In this document: positions 23,791 through 37,227 of the stretch, one piece after another
How the letters are laid out: every line of letters begins with the position of its first letter
Numbering within the stretch: position 1 is the stretch's first letter
From: Chiloscyllium plagiosum
Taxonomy: Eukaryota
NCBI RefSeq assembly: GCF_004010195.1
Contig: NC_057719.1
Location: forward strand, 33,841,981 to 33,905,980
Direction: 5' to 3'
DNA length: 64,000 nt
Notes under the pieces: generated by a model
What the model was told of the DNA's origin: nothing
What the model saw: the letters and a program-made list of their open reading frames with translations, nothing else
Databases searched by the model: none
Translations under genes and position numbers: made by a program

Positions 23791-26009
23791 TAGCCCCTCA
23801 GATAGGTCAATGAGAATGCTGATGGAGTGAGGCACAAACTTCAATGCACCAACCTTATGCAGACAATCTCCACTCCAGCTGCCATCTAACCACAGCCCAG
23901 CCGATCCCTCAATTGCATACATTTGCACTAACTTTGCTGATTCGTTCCTGTCTCCTGCTCTGTTCATCTTGGCAGCGACCAATAGTAGATTGAACTGTTT
24001 GCTGAAACTCACCAAATCCTTTCCGAGTATTGACCTTTCCATTTTAATCATGTAATTGTCATCCACATGTTACATTTAATTTATGTTCACCCTTAGAGCA
24101 TGTCTGCAGTTTAGATCCATTTACATCCAAATTTCTGATAATCTAAGAAAGTTGACCCAATGGTATTTCTAAAATAACATTGTAAAAATAAAATCCATAT
24201 TTGGGAGCATGTAATAGAAAGTTCTACTTTTTAGCAAGTTCTACTTTTTCAGCATTGGCATACCTCGTTCTTACCGTAAACATCAGAGAGAAAAAGTATC
24301 AAAGTGCTTGAAAAGGATTATATTCTCTTGGATTCTCATCTTGTTATCAATATCTTTTTAACTCTCAAAAGACATATCAATTCCTATTGAATCTGGGAGT
24401 ACGTTTTATACATTTAAATAATTATCATGCAATTGTAAACCAATACTTACTGTAAAGGAACAAATGGCTGTTTTTGTTGAAGGAGGAACTAACTTTCCAT
24501 TTGAACCCATCTTTGAGTTAGATTAATTATACAGTATCTTTTGTTGTGTGGTTTATTGCCAAACTGTGAGTTTGGGAAATTTACAAGTTTATCATAGTGA
24601 AGGCAAAGTCAAGAACTGTATCCAGACTTAAAATTTAAACTAACATTATTTATTATACATTAAAACTAAACACTTACACATGGTCATCATGGATATATTA
24701 GACTATGACAGACAGTTGTATTTGGTAATGACTGACATCTTTTTCATGTGTCCATGTTCGTGCTTTCGTGTGACTCTTCAGTGCAGTGCAGTGATGTTCT
24801 TCCAACGTTTTTTTAACTCTGTCCACTTTGTGCCATTTATACTCAGTGATGTGCAGTTCTGTGACAGCATTGCAAGTCTGCTCCAGCGTCCTGATGTCCT
24901 TTCATAACACAGCAGAGAAACTAATCAGAAGATGCACCACAATTTTTGAGTTGATTTCTCATTTCCCATGACTGAACAAACAGTTTAAAATAAAACATTT
25001 AGAACACCTGGAAACTTACAAAATGCTAAGGAGGCACCAAATAAAAAATAAAGGAATAAGAGCATTAGCATTAGCAAAGAAATATGCCTTTAGGATTTCT
25101 GCTGTGATATAGGTTAACAAAACAGTTGAGTAGCCAAGTAACTATAATGTGGGAAAGGAATAAATTTAAATTAGAAATAGCCGCACCTAAACTCTCTAAT
25201 GGATGATTAATGCACAACTGAAATGTATTTCAAGTTTTGGTCATCTTGGTAAAATGCAGTTATAGCCCATATTGCTTAATTTGTACCTTTTGATTGGTTA
25301 CTCATCCAATACTTTGTAAAACTGATATTAAATGTGCTAAATTATTTGGACTGTATGAGACTGTGGAGATCATGGTGCTTTTAAAACAATCACTGACAAC
25401 TCAGACTGACTTTTCCATTTCAGATTGTTTTCCTGCTCTGTATGCACTTGTTGATGGTCTGATTTAGGTGTCATGATTTAAGGCAATGAATGAATGTTTA
25501 TGTCATGGATATGTGTTCTGATTTCTAACGTAATAGTAATTCTGACAAAATTGGGAGGAGTAAGTGAGGCTTAATATATGATAAACGCTACAGGTAGGGG
25601 GCAGTTCCCTTGGGAAGCTAAGAGAACAACTCTGGTTTGGGTGGGTGTCTTGTAAGGGCCCATAAAATGCAGCAGCAGAGGTAGGTCATTCGGTTCACTC
25701 AGTCTGTTCTCCATTGATTGAGATCACGATGGACCTGATTATCTTCAACTGAACATTCCCATCTTTTTCCCCATAGCTTTGGATTCCTTTTCTGATTAAA
25801 AAATCTTCTCTCTCATCCTTAAATATTACTAATGACCCAGCCTTACCATTCTCTGCTGTAAAAAAATTCTGCAGAAATTTTACTTACTGGGGGTAGACAT
25901 TTTTCCTCATTTCTGTCTTAAATGGATATTCTTTACTCTGAAATTAAAACATCTAATCCCAGATCCTCCCACAGAGGAAATAGACTTTCTGCACCTACAC
26001 TATCAAACT

Positions 26010-26535
26010 CCCATTTTTAAAATATGTTCATTCATGGAATGTGGGAGAGCAGTTTACTTCCCTAAAGGGCATTATTGAACCTGATGGATGTTTCCAACAA
26101 GCAACAATGGTTTCATGGTCACCGTTAGATTCCTAATTCCACATATTTAGATTAGATTAGATTAGGTTACATTACAGTGTGGAAACAGGCCCTTCTGCCC
26201 AACAAGTCCACACCGACCTGCCAAAGCGCACCCACCCATACTCCTACATTTACCCCTTACCTAACATTACGGGCAATTTAGCATGGCCAATTCACCTTAC
26301 CTGCACATCTTTGGACTGTGGGAGGAAACCGGAGCACCCGGAGGAAACCCACGCAGACACAGGGAGAACGTGCAAACTCCACACACAGTCGCCTGAGGCG
26401 GGAATTGAACCCAGGTCTCTGGCGCTGTGAGGCAACAGTGCTAACCACTGTGCCACCGTGCCACCCAATTTAGTGAACTCAAATTTCACCATCTACATGG
26501 CAGGATTCAATGCTGGGTCCACAGAACATTTCTAG
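26010..26535 (-). mobile_element. SacSINE1-like SINE split by HE1
   Basis: ttccctaaagggcatta...caatggtttcatggtcacc...taattcca | tttagtgaactcaaatttcaccatct matches 41520-41645. Confidence 0.7.
26147..26466 (-). mobile_element. HE1-type SINE, full length
   Basis: Reverse complement of the 20136 copy with (AGATT)n tail. Confidence 0.95.
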
Positions 26536-29499
26536 CTATCACCTTCCCTTTATGAGTACAGGTCCAATTTACTGGACCTCTCTTCCCAATAGAATCCATC
26601 CATTCCTGTTAACAACCTAGTGAACTTTTTCTAGACTGCTTTCAATGCTAATTCCGATTTTTCCTCAGATGATGGGATTAAAACTGTTCACAATATTCCC
26701 TAAATGCTCTAACTAGTGCCTTGTATAGTTTTAACAAAACTTCCCTGCTTTTATACTCCATTCCCTTCCAAATAAAGAGCAACATTTTATTTGCCTTTTC
26801 TGTCACCCGCTGAGGTTGGATGTTAGTTTTGTGATGCTTGGACAAGGACTCCCAAATCCTTCTGTGCTATAGCTTTCAACATTGTTCTTCCCATTTAAAT
26901 AATATTCATCTCCTCTTTTGTTTCCTGGCAAATGCATAATCTTACATTTTCCCATATTATAGTCCATCCGCCAAGTTTTGTCTATATCCTCTATAGAATC
27001 ACAGTGATATCCTCACCATTTGCCTTCTCACCTGTTTTTGTGCTACTTGCAAGCATGGTCAAATTACATTCACTTCCCTCATCCGAGTCAGTTTCCTTTC
27101 ATCTTATTCTGCCCAATGGTGAAGGAACTGATGCCTCCAGTGGGATATTGTTTGTGCTGTTCAGGTTGTGGATAAACATGTGATGCCAACCATTCTCATT
27201 TTTTAACAGGGTCTATTTGGCCTAAAGTGTTAGAGGATTCTAACAAGAAAAGGGCCTTTTCATACACAAAACCATTTATTGCATGATAGCAATCACGTAT
27301 AAATTACATTAATCAGATTGAGATTATTACTTAGACTACTGGGAGATGTAGGATAACAGATCTGACCTTTTTTTTGCCTTTCTCCATGCAAGCACTTATG
27401 GCATTATCAGATTAGGTAAATCTAAGCTTAAGGCTTCAACAAGTTCAGAACCAACAACTCATATAAAATTTTCTGCCATTTCATGTTCTCTTTCCAGGTT
27501 TCTTTGTGTTGTAGCAATATTCCCACTTAACATGACCAATTACTCTCTCATACATTGTGGAGCTCCCAGTGGACCACTATATTTGACATCTCTGTTCCAC
27601 ATACACTAATGAACCCTGACTCAGGAAAATGGTTAGTGGGTTAAGGTCAATAAAACTGTGTGCAGGTTTTTGAGGAAACTGAGTCCTGTCTAAAACATCA
27701 GATACTTTCAACTATCCGATGATTTAAGACTCAATTTTTACTCAATCAGTTCAGCAATTGTCTGATAACATATCTGCACCGATGGCACCAACATCTTTTT
27801 TAAAAGTGACTTTGCATGTGTCCTAGTGAACCACTTAGGCCTTCAACCCTTTGTATATTGACCTAACGCGTGGTTCAAGATGCTCTTGTCAAATTGGACT
27901 GCCTTAACCAAATCAGTTGTTACACCTGCTCTATAGGTTTTCTGTCTGAGATGAAGAGTTTAAAGTGGAAACGATACACTCGTCAAGGGCCATGGCCCAT
28001 CAATGATTAGTTCTCTTCTCATTGTCCTTGTACCAGAGTATATCTGAAAGCCAGAGAATCAAATGTTCCAAAATTTATCTTATAGAAATGGAGAGGCTGC
28101 CTGTCTTGGCTTGAAAGGCCCTGGTAGCTCATGCAAATTATGAAACAAAGGCCCATTTTCTATGTGGGGTATTGGCTGTTCGTTCTGCACCCTGAAACTG
28201 GCCTGAAATAATCTCTGCCACCAACGTCTGTGGGTTCTCTTTCAGCTGCTGTACTACCTGCTTTCAAGTCCAATAGTTTCTGTTCATATTTCGGATTTTC
28301 ATTGGGGTAATTTTAAGCTAACCAAGTGATTAGGAAGTTCATGGAATCAGATCACCTGCAAGCTTTACACCTCATTGATTTGCTCTTGGTCAATGTTTTA
28401 TGTTAAAATTACATCTACTGCTTCATTACACAAAAATGTCTGAATGATCATCCAAGGTGCACTGATAATGGATCCAGAATAAATTTTCAAAGGGTAGTTG
28501 TATCTATGGTGAGGTCGAACTAATACACATTTACAGAAATATGATCGTCATGTCCCTTCATTTTAGTGGCAAGGGGACAATAATAGGAATAGTTCAAATC
28601 AGTAATTCCAGTATTTATGTAAATAGCAATGTTCTTTGAAACTATTACCTACAAGTGGTCTGAAGATGATTTATTACAGCTTTTAAACAAAAAAAGTGAA
28701 AACATAATTATAGGAATCAAAATAGTTGAACATTTTTTAACAAGGTTTTCAGCACAGTATGGTTCCTCAGCTGAATGTGAAAACGTTCACTAAGACTGTT
28801 GCTAGACAAGGAATGTTGAAATATAACATCATCAAGCTATCTTAATTTAGAGCAATAAAGAGACAATCACCCTGTATTTTTATAAACTGAGCTTTACTGC
28901 TGATGACTTGCAGAGGCTTTCCATTAACTGGGTCAGCTCTTGCATATCAATTGGAGGAGTAACTAGTATAAAAACTTTATGGTGTTGGAAAACTAAATTG
29001 CAATTTTAAAAAAATATATGTTTTAGCTAAAGCTTGGAATAGCTGACTATGCACTTTGTTATTAAGGAATACTGCTTGACTTACTCAGTTGACTATCAAT
29101 TAGCTTCACTGAATATTCCTTCACTCTTTCTCATTCCACTTTTGTGTGACACTAATACAAGGACACAAGCACATTCCCAGGGCACAGCAGAACAAGGAAA
29201 GATTACTGATGATGGCCTGCAAAACCATTTTGGATGAAACTGGTCTCAAGAGATACAGTCTGATGTCGAGCTTGGTAGAAATTCTGACAGTAATGTAGCA
29301 TGAACCCTATGAATTGTGGTGGTACTGACTCTGAGTGCAAATCCTTTTATCTATTAAACAGCAGACTAGTGCTGTAAGAGATTCAATGATGTGAGCAGGT
29401 CAGGCAAGGTAGTACACCATCAACTCTCCTGTTCCTTTTTTGTGTACCAGCTCATTGTTATGCTGTAAAACTAATTGTTATACAACAAAAAATACATTC

Positions 29500-30352
29500 A
29501 AATACAAATTTGTGAGCAAAGTTATGAAATAAAAGGGCCAGTGGATGAGTAGCAATGTGGATAGAAAGTTTGGCTAAGTGATAGGAAACAGAATAATGGT
29601 CAGTGGCTATTTTTAGACTGGGGGCAGGTTAGTAGTGAAATTCACCAGGGGTCAGTACTGGTACCATTGCTTTTCCTGAACTAAATTAATAATCTGGCTC
29701 TAGGCGTGTGAGGGCATTTTTAAAGTATGACACAAAACGTGCAAGTATTGTATACTGTAGAACCCAAGACATGTTGGTGGAGTGGGCAGATGGGTTGCAG
29801 ATGAAGTTCAATGCAGAGGAGAGTGAGATGTTACACTTTGGTAGGAAGAACATTATAAGACAATATAAAATAGGAGGTACAATTCTACAGTGGGGGTGGA
29901 ATTGTAAGAGCAAAGGACTTGAGTGTATATGTGCATAGATCATTGAAAGTGGCAGGAGAGTTAAAGAGAGCAGTAAGGGAAGCACTCAGTATGCCCATCT
30001 TTAATATTGAGGCATAGAGTTCAAAAGGAATGAAATGATGCTGAACTTGTATAAAACAGTTATTAGACCTCAGCTGGCATATTGTACACAGTTCTTGATG
30101 ACACATTATAGGAGGAATGTGAACACATTGAAGAGAGTGCAGAAGCAGTTTACAAGAATGATTCCAGGGATGAGAAGCTTTAGTTACGATGATACTGTGA
30201 AGAAGTTGGTACACACTCCTTGAAATGAAGGATCTCTTCTACATTTTATGGTTTTATGATTTTGTAGATTGGAGATTGGACAGAATAAGACAGAGTATAT
30301 AGGGAGAAGCTGTTCCCACATGTAAAACGAACAAGAGTAAGAGAGCATGGAT
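29500..30352 (+). mobile_element. CR1-clade LINE ORF2 C-terminal fragment
   Basis: EWADGLQMKFNAE..MLHFGRKN; LNLYKTVIRPQLAYC. Confidence 0.88.
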
Positions 30353-30697
30353 AATCGGCAAAACTAAAGAACTGATCATTGACTTCAGAAAGAAAAGAGG
30401 AGAACATGCCCCCAATTACATCAACGGGGAAGAGATTGAGAGAGTGGAGAGCATCAAGTTCCTCGGAGTGACGATAACCAACAATCTCTCCACCCTGCAG
30501 GCACTCTGCCTCTGTTCCTGATGAAGGGCTTTTGCCCAAAACGTCGATTTTCCTGCTCCTCGGATTCTGCCTGAACTGCTGTGCTTTTCCAGTACCACTC
30601 TAATCTAGAATCTGGTTTCTAGCATTTGCAGTCATTGTTTTTACCTATACAACCATCCTCAACTTGCCATGTAGATGTGATGGTCAAAAAGGCACAT
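30353..30697 (+). mobile_element. Rex1/Babar LINE RT fragment interrupted by a Penelope insert
   Basis: KTKELIIDFRKKRGEHAPNYINGEEIERVESIKFLGVTITNNLS, resuming as HVDVMVKKA after about 30650. Confidence 0.85.
30492..30647 (+). mobile_element. Penelope pseudo-LTR insert (family A) with a mutated hammerhead-like core at 30518-30547
   Basis: CTGATGAAGGGCTTTTGCCCAAAACGTCGA (GAAA to AAAA) followed by the family A 3' sequence. Confidence 0.8.
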
Positions 30698-31365
30698 TCC
30701 CAGCATCATTCTTGTAAACCTGCTTCCCTCTCCAGCAAGGCCCAAAATTGCTCACAATATTCAAAATGCAGTCTGACCAGAGCCTTATGCAGCCTCAGCA
30801 GTACATCCCTGCTCTTATATTCCAGCCTTCTTGAAATGAATGCGAACGTTACATTTGCTTTCCCAACTGTCAATTGAACCTACATGTTAACTCCCAAGAG
30901 AATCTTGAACTAGGACTCCTAAGTCCCTTTATGGCTTTATATTTTGAAAGTCTTTCCCCAATTAGAAAATAATCTATGCCTTGATTCTTTCTGCCAAAGT
31001 GCATAACCTCACACTTGCCCACATTATATTCCGTCTACCACTTCTCTGTCCACCATCCTTGCCTGTCAAAGTCCGTCTGCAGTCTCCCCTCTTTCTCAAC
31101 ACCATCTGCGCCTCCACCTACCTTTGTGTCATATGCGAACATATCAACAATGCCCTCAGTTCCTTCAATAATGTGAATAATTGTAGTCTCACCACTGACC
31201 CCCGTGGAACTACACTGGTCACCGGCTGCCTCCCTGAAAAGACCCCTTTTTACCCACTCTGTGTTCTGCCAGTCAGCCAATCCTCCATCCATGCCAGTAA
31301 TTTACTCTTAACACCATGGGCTCTTATCTTATTTAGCAGCTTCCTGCGTGACACTTTGTCAAAGG
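30698..31365 (-). mobile_element. CR1-clade LINE RT fragment
   Basis: ORF 31035..31292 has MFAYDTKVGG...LQTDFDR..W.EKW. Confidence 0.85.
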
Positions 31366-31599
31366 AACTGAGAGCAGGAAGATCTGATTTTCAATGTGGC
31401 AATATTTCATGCATAATCAATAAAGCACATGGTTAACAATGTTAAACCATACCTTTGTGATTAAGTTAGCAGCAAATGAACAAATGTCTTCAGATTCACA
31501 ACTGTTTAAAGTTGGCAGCAGCAGATGAGGTAGTCCTGCTGGTCGGGAGGAGGAAGGAGCAGCTCTTGTTTCTCACAGGGATCTGGGAAGGCAAATTGT

Positions 31600-31795
31600 T
31601 TTGTGTCACCATAGTCTTACTAGACCATAGGGACTGCTCTCTCATTAGAGAGAAGCAACTGGTGGTGATTTAACCTGAGGGCCACCAGACCTCAGGTGAG
31701 AGAAGCAGTTAAGAAGGAGAGTCCTTCATGGTAATCTCAAACTGGTGATGGGAATTGAACCCATGCTGTTGTCAGCCAATGGAGCTAAACCAATG
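31600..31795 (-). mobile_element. tRNA-derived SINE (third family)
   Basis: Minus strand head tggtttagctccattgg...gggttcaattcccatcacc (box A/B-like). Confidence 0.55.
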
Positions 31796-32269
31796 TCCAC
31801 TGGAAAGAAGAGATTGCGCTATTGCATTGACCTTAGGTGATGGCTGTTTAGGGAGTTGGGTCATGACTTTCCTTAGGAAGAGTTGTCTTGATAAGAGCTT
31901 CAAAGGTCCAAGTATGGCAGCAGTACCATTTCAAAATGCTACACAGACATGTAAACTAATGCTGCTGGCTTTCAGGGAGTTGGTGCCTTTTCTGACACCA
32001 TTTAGGTATGGCCCTCATGTCTTTGACCCCATAAGGTAATGATGGGGGTCCACTGCTCTGCACTGTTCCATCGAAGGAACTTAGGATCTAAGCCTTTTAG
32101 TGAAATAGAACTCAAGACACCTCCTCCTTTCAGGTAGAGTTTACTGATTATTCAGTCACCCAGTTTCTACACAGTCACTTAATCAATTAACCCCAGTCAG
32201 AAGCTTTAACCCTTGTGATCCTGCATGCAAAACTGATTGGCCTCCTTGAATATGCATAGTCAATTGGCT

Positions 32270-32650
32270 ATTAGAATGATGAGAGTGAGTAAGGAAGGTA
32301 TTGCAGACAATAGCAACAGTGAGAGTACGTGAGCCTTGGTGAGAAGTGGGTACAGTAGCAGAGAGAGAGTAAGTGTGAGGTCTTGGAGATAAGATGGTTG
32401 CACTTGCCCTGGCTGAAAGGAGAAGGACATTACTCATTTTCCTGCAGTGCCAGGCTTTCCTCAATTGGCTGAGACTGCTCTAACCCAGGGGGTAACTATG
32501 ATCCAGGCTGGCATGGCATCTGGTATTCTGGTCTCCACTACTGATCCTGGGGGAGGAGAAAGTCCAATGCAGTACCACACATCCAACAGGTCTTCCAGGA
32601 GCCTGCCCACAAGGCAGGGTGCCAAATTCCCCCTGATCACCATCTCTCAG
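32270..32650 (-). mobile_element. Probable PIF/Harbinger relic (Myb/SANT-like ORF)
   Basis: Peptide LAPCLVGRLLEDLLD...DAMPAWIIVTPWVRAVS resembles Harbinger Myb-like N-termini; related to 43225-43440. Confidence 0.45.
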
Positions 32651-32944
32651 GCAGATGTCAGAGAACCATGCAGGGCAGCTCCAGATTGAGAATGCTTCTC
32701 CAAGTTTACAATGGGCTTTTAAGGATATTGCAGGTGCAAGCTATGTCAGTGATCCATCAGATATCCACTAAGTAGCCAGTTGTTCCAGGAACAGGATATG
32801 GTAAGATTTGTCAGACATTAGTTGTGAGAGACTCTGTGCAGGTGTGGTAGGTAATTAATGAGATACATTTGACAAGATATGTTGCGAGAAATTGCTAGGT
32901 CCTGGCAGCAAAGTCCCACTAAATAATTCAAAAAGACTCAGACA

Positions 32945-34005
32945 TGGAGTCATAGAGCTAAAGTCATACAGCACAGAAACAGAGCCTTCGGTCTAACTCA
33001 TCCAGGCCGATCAGACATTGCAATCTGTCCCAGTCCTGTTTGCCAGCATTTGGCCCATATGCCACTAAACCTTTCCTATTCATTAACCCATCCAGGTGCT
33101 TTTAAACCTTACAATTGTACCTGCCTCCACCACTTCTTCTGACAGCTCATTCCATACATGCAACAGCCTCTGTGCGAAAAAGTTATCCCTCAGGTCCTTT
33201 TTAAATCTTTCCCCTCTCACCTTAAACCTATGTCCTCTAGTTTTGGATTCTACCACTCAAGGGAAAAGACCTTGGCTATTTACTCTGTCATTCCCTTCAT
33301 AATTTTATAAGCCTCTATAAGGTCTCCTCAGTCTCTGACGCTCCAGGAAAAAAAAAGCACCAGCATATTTGGGCGGCACGGTGGCACAGTGGTTAGCACT
33401 GCTGCCTCACACCGCCAGAGACCTGGGTTCAATTCCTGCCTCAGGCAACTGTCTGTGTAGAGTTTGCACGTTCTTCCTGTATCTGCGTGGGTTTTCTCCG
33501 GGTGCTCTGGTTTCCTCCCACAGTCCAAAAATGTGCAGGTTAGGTGAATTGGCCATGCTAAATTGCCCGTAGTATTAGGTGTAGGGGAATGGGTCTGGTT
33601 GGGTTGCTCTTCAGAGGGTCGGTGTGGACTTGTTGGGCCGAAAGGCCTGTTTCCACACACTAAGTAATCTAATCATCTTCAGCATCCCTCTGTGCTCAAA
33701 ACCTCCTGACCTGACAACACCCTTGTAAATCTTTTCTGCACCCTCTCAAGTTTAACAACATCTTTCCAATAAAAGGACAACCAGAATTATATGCAGTTTT
33801 CCAAAAGTGGCCTCACCAATATCCTGTATAGCTGCAATATGACATCCGAACTCCTATACTCAATGCTCTGACCAACGAAGGCAAGTGTGCCAAATACCTT
33901 CTTCACTACCCTGTCTGCCTGTGATTCCACTTTCAAGGAGCCATGCGCCTGCACCCCTAAGTCTCTTTGTTCAGCAACATGCCCCAGGACCCTACCATTA
34001 ACTGA
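32945..34005 (-). mobile_element. CR1 (HER1-like) 3' portion interrupted by HE1
   Basis: ORF 33787..34032 has EQRDLGVQAHGSLKV...LYRILVRPLLE; 3' UTR is the reverse complement of 50470-50785. Confidence 0.9.
33371..33674 (+). mobile_element. HE1-type SINE, full length
   Basis: Same head, core and AATCT tail as the 20136 copy. Confidence 0.95.
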
Positions 34006-35949
34006 GCCAAATATACACAAGGTTGAACCCAAAGTTTCATGTCTGTGACCATCATATCATATGATATAACTTATGCCATTACTAAAACATTTTCATGCAT
34101 TTCAGATTTCACACTGGAGAATAAACCAAAATTAATTCTGACAAAGACTTTTCAATAGATTGAAAAATCAGTAGAGTTGTAAATAATTCTGTAACAAAAG
34201 GGCCATGCTTTGATGAATTTTAAATGAATCTGCTGGAAAAAAAAAAGGTGTTTTGCAGATTTAAAAGAACATAGAATGTCAGGTTCCCTTTCAGACAGCC
34301 CAAAGAACCTGAGAAAATAACAGTTCTATATTTGAAGGTTCAGACAAATAATAAAATTGATGACTCATCTGACTCATCCAATTGAATGTCAACATTTTGA
34401 CAAAATTGTTAGTGAACAGAATGGATAGCGTATGGACTAGATAAAGTTGGTTTCATTTCGAGTCAAGCTTTTTTGCAATAGTAAGCTGTTACTTTTTATC
34501 TCTTTGAGCCATAAGGAAGACTGATGTCTCCACAATGGTGGTTTTTCATGGTGTGGCAAGATAGCTAATAGAATGGACGAAAGGTATTGCTAGTTCTCTT
34601 TGAGACAGATTGACAACATTCAATGATGGATGATGGTGCAAAAAATCATAAGGTACATACGGATGAGGAAGGCTACTGAGTTTGTGCTAGCTATTCAGAA
34701 GCTATTCAGATTTACAGACCTACTGTTAAAGCATGCAACTGGCAACAAGGCTCCTTTGTTCTATCCGGGCATCAAACTAAGTGTTGATTGCTCTTTTCAT
34801 GAGAATGTCACCCTGCCATAACTTCCCTTTCCCCCCGTTTAACCTATGGCCCCTTGTCCTATTTATCAAGAAGTGAATTTAATCTTGCCAAATTGTTTCA
34901 GTTTTGGAATTAAATGTGGTCACCCTTTCCAGATACCTCAAAGAAAGATTCCCCACAATGAACTGCCCAAAATGTCTTTTTAACTCCAGTGGACAGCAAT
35001 CACTTTGTAAGTTTTGGGAGGAATGTCTTAATATAAAATCTATTTAAAAAAAAAAGATTCAGAATCCTAACTGCATTCTCACTATTAGTTGGTGATAGTT
35101 TTGATTAGTTTACAACAAATTGGTGACAGATTGGTGAAAAATAATAATGCAAAATCCTCAGTTCACATCTCATATCAATAAAGAGTTGTTTTTGTTTTCA
35201 AGGCAGGGCTTATACAAAAATGATTTCCTTACAGTTTTGGTGTCTTCACCACAACCTGAACAGAGGTTTGGCAGAAACCCTGGGTGGGCTGTTGACCTCA
35301 GGAATTTCCATTCTGAACAAAAGATGGCTTGGGTGTGGATGAATTGGGGTTTAAGATTTTTGATTTGCACAGCCAAATGCAGTTCAGATCAAATTGTTCA
35401 CTTTATTTTACAGAGTGCCTTTGAATGACAGGGCGAAGTGATGTCAGAGATTTAATTAATGCGGGCAGGAAGGTACTTATTGTCCCAATTAACATCAGGA
35501 GAAGATGGTAATAAAGTCTTTGCAAATATGTTTTAACCTGGTTTGAAATTTAATGTGTGCAACACAGGTTCCTCGGGGCTTGGGAAACTGAATGGAGAAC
35601 CAGTGTTGAGTTTAAGCAGTAGTTTCGATGGGTTTTTAACTTCATCTCTGCCTCTTTGAGATAAAATCTCACTTATAGAAACCTTTGGCTCCAATTCCTC
35701 TGGCAAATACTTGGAAAACAATGCTTGTGTGGATGCAGCTTTTATCAAGGACAGAGGCTTCAGGATACAAGGTGCATAAGGAAAGAAAGATCATCACCAT
35801 CCATAACAGTAGTGACATGTAGCAGTGGGATTAGCAGATTGTCAAGAAAGAGAGAATTGCAATGGAGTGAAGTGCCCAGGCAAGAGTCCAGGACAGAATT
35901 GTACTGAAATCCTGAAACTCACTTTGTAACAGCGCTGTAGGTCCATTTA

Positions 35950-36900
35950 CATACTAACATATGAATTAGCAACAGGCAAGATTAGGGTGTTCAACCCTTT
36001 GAGCCTTTTCTGCCATGCAATAAGATTATGACTGATCAAATGTAACCTCAAATCTGAATTTCTCAAATCTGCAAATTTACCTCAGATAACTTTCCACACC
36101 TTTGTTGCTTGATAAGAAACTATCTACTTCTGCTGTGCAAAATGTTCAACATATCCACCACATTTTCCAAACAAGATATTCAAAAGTTCAGGACCCTCGA
36201 AGAGACAATATTTCATCTATACCTATTTTAAGTGGACAATCACTGATTTTTAAACAGTGATCCTTAGTTTCAGATTCTCCCCTATCGAGGGATTTCACTT
36301 GAGTCACCTCTTATTCCTCTAAACCCCAGTAGATATGAACTGAGAATGTGGTGCTGGATAGCCACAGCAGGTCAGGCAGCATCCGAGGAGCAGGAGAATC
36401 AACGTTTCAGGCCAGGGCCCTTCACGTTGGGCCCGAAACATCAATTCTCCTGCTCCTCGCTTGCTGCATAGCCTGCTGTGCTTTTCTAGCAACATACTCT
36501 CGACTCTTATCTCTAACATGTGCAAACTTCACTTTTTCCCAGTAGATATGAACCTGGCCTGTCCAACCTTTCCTCATAAGATAACATTTTCATTTCAGGC
36601 CTTAGTCCAGAAAACTTTCTTTGGAACACATGTACTTTATTCTTTAAATAAGGTTATTGATGCTGCGCTCAGCACTTCAGATGTGGTCTCATCAGTGTCC
36701 AGTACAACTGAAGCATAACCTCCCTACTTTTGTAGTCAATTTCCTCCCTCAAAAAATTATACTCTGTTAGATTTTTTAATCACATGCTATACCTTGTATA
36801 CTAATCTTCTGTAATTCATGTACACAACACTAAGCTCTATTTGCTTTTTAGAGTTGTGAATCTCTCAAAATTTAGACAATATGTGTCTTTGCTATTCTGC
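35950..36900 (-). mobile_element. CR1-clade LINE 3' portion, decayed, interrupted by a Penelope insert
   Basis: Similar to 25670-27100. Confidence 0.7.
36341..36537. mobile_element. Penelope-derived palindromic insert (family A)
   Basis: Inverted arms; exact 16-bp TSD CCCAGTAGATATGAAC at 36325-36340 and 36538-36553. Confidence 0.88.
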
Positions 36901-37169
36901 CATCTTGGTTTCCTGAACGTAGGGCATCCTTCAATATTGTGATCATCCAACATTAGCTAAGAGAGCCATCCTTCCACCTTATTCCAGTTTCCTGTCATTC
37001 CTAAATAACCTATACCTTTCTACATGACAAAGACTGCAGTAGTTCAAGAAAACTGTTCACCACTAGCTTCTCAAAGGCAATTAGGCATGGTTAACAAATG
37101 CTGGCTTAGCCAGCAATACTACCATCAGATGGCAATTTTTAGATAAAGAATGTCTTTTTATTGTTGCCA

Positions 37170-37227
37170 CCTAACCCTAACCCAAACCCTAACCCTAACC
37201 CTAATCCTAACCCTAACTCTGACCCTA
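37170..37227 (-). repeat. Interstitial telomeric sequence, about 9.5 (TTAGGG)n units
   Basis: cctaac cctaac ccaaac cctaac cctaac cctaat cctaac cctaac tctgac ccta. Confidence 0.92.

Larger units (their letters stand above)
25670..27100 (-). mobile_element. CR1-clade LINE 3' portion hosting a nested SacSINE1-like SINE and an HE1 SINE
   Basis: Decayed CR1 3' region similar to 35950-36900 and 30690-31360; interrupted at about 26010-26535. Confidence 0.75.
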
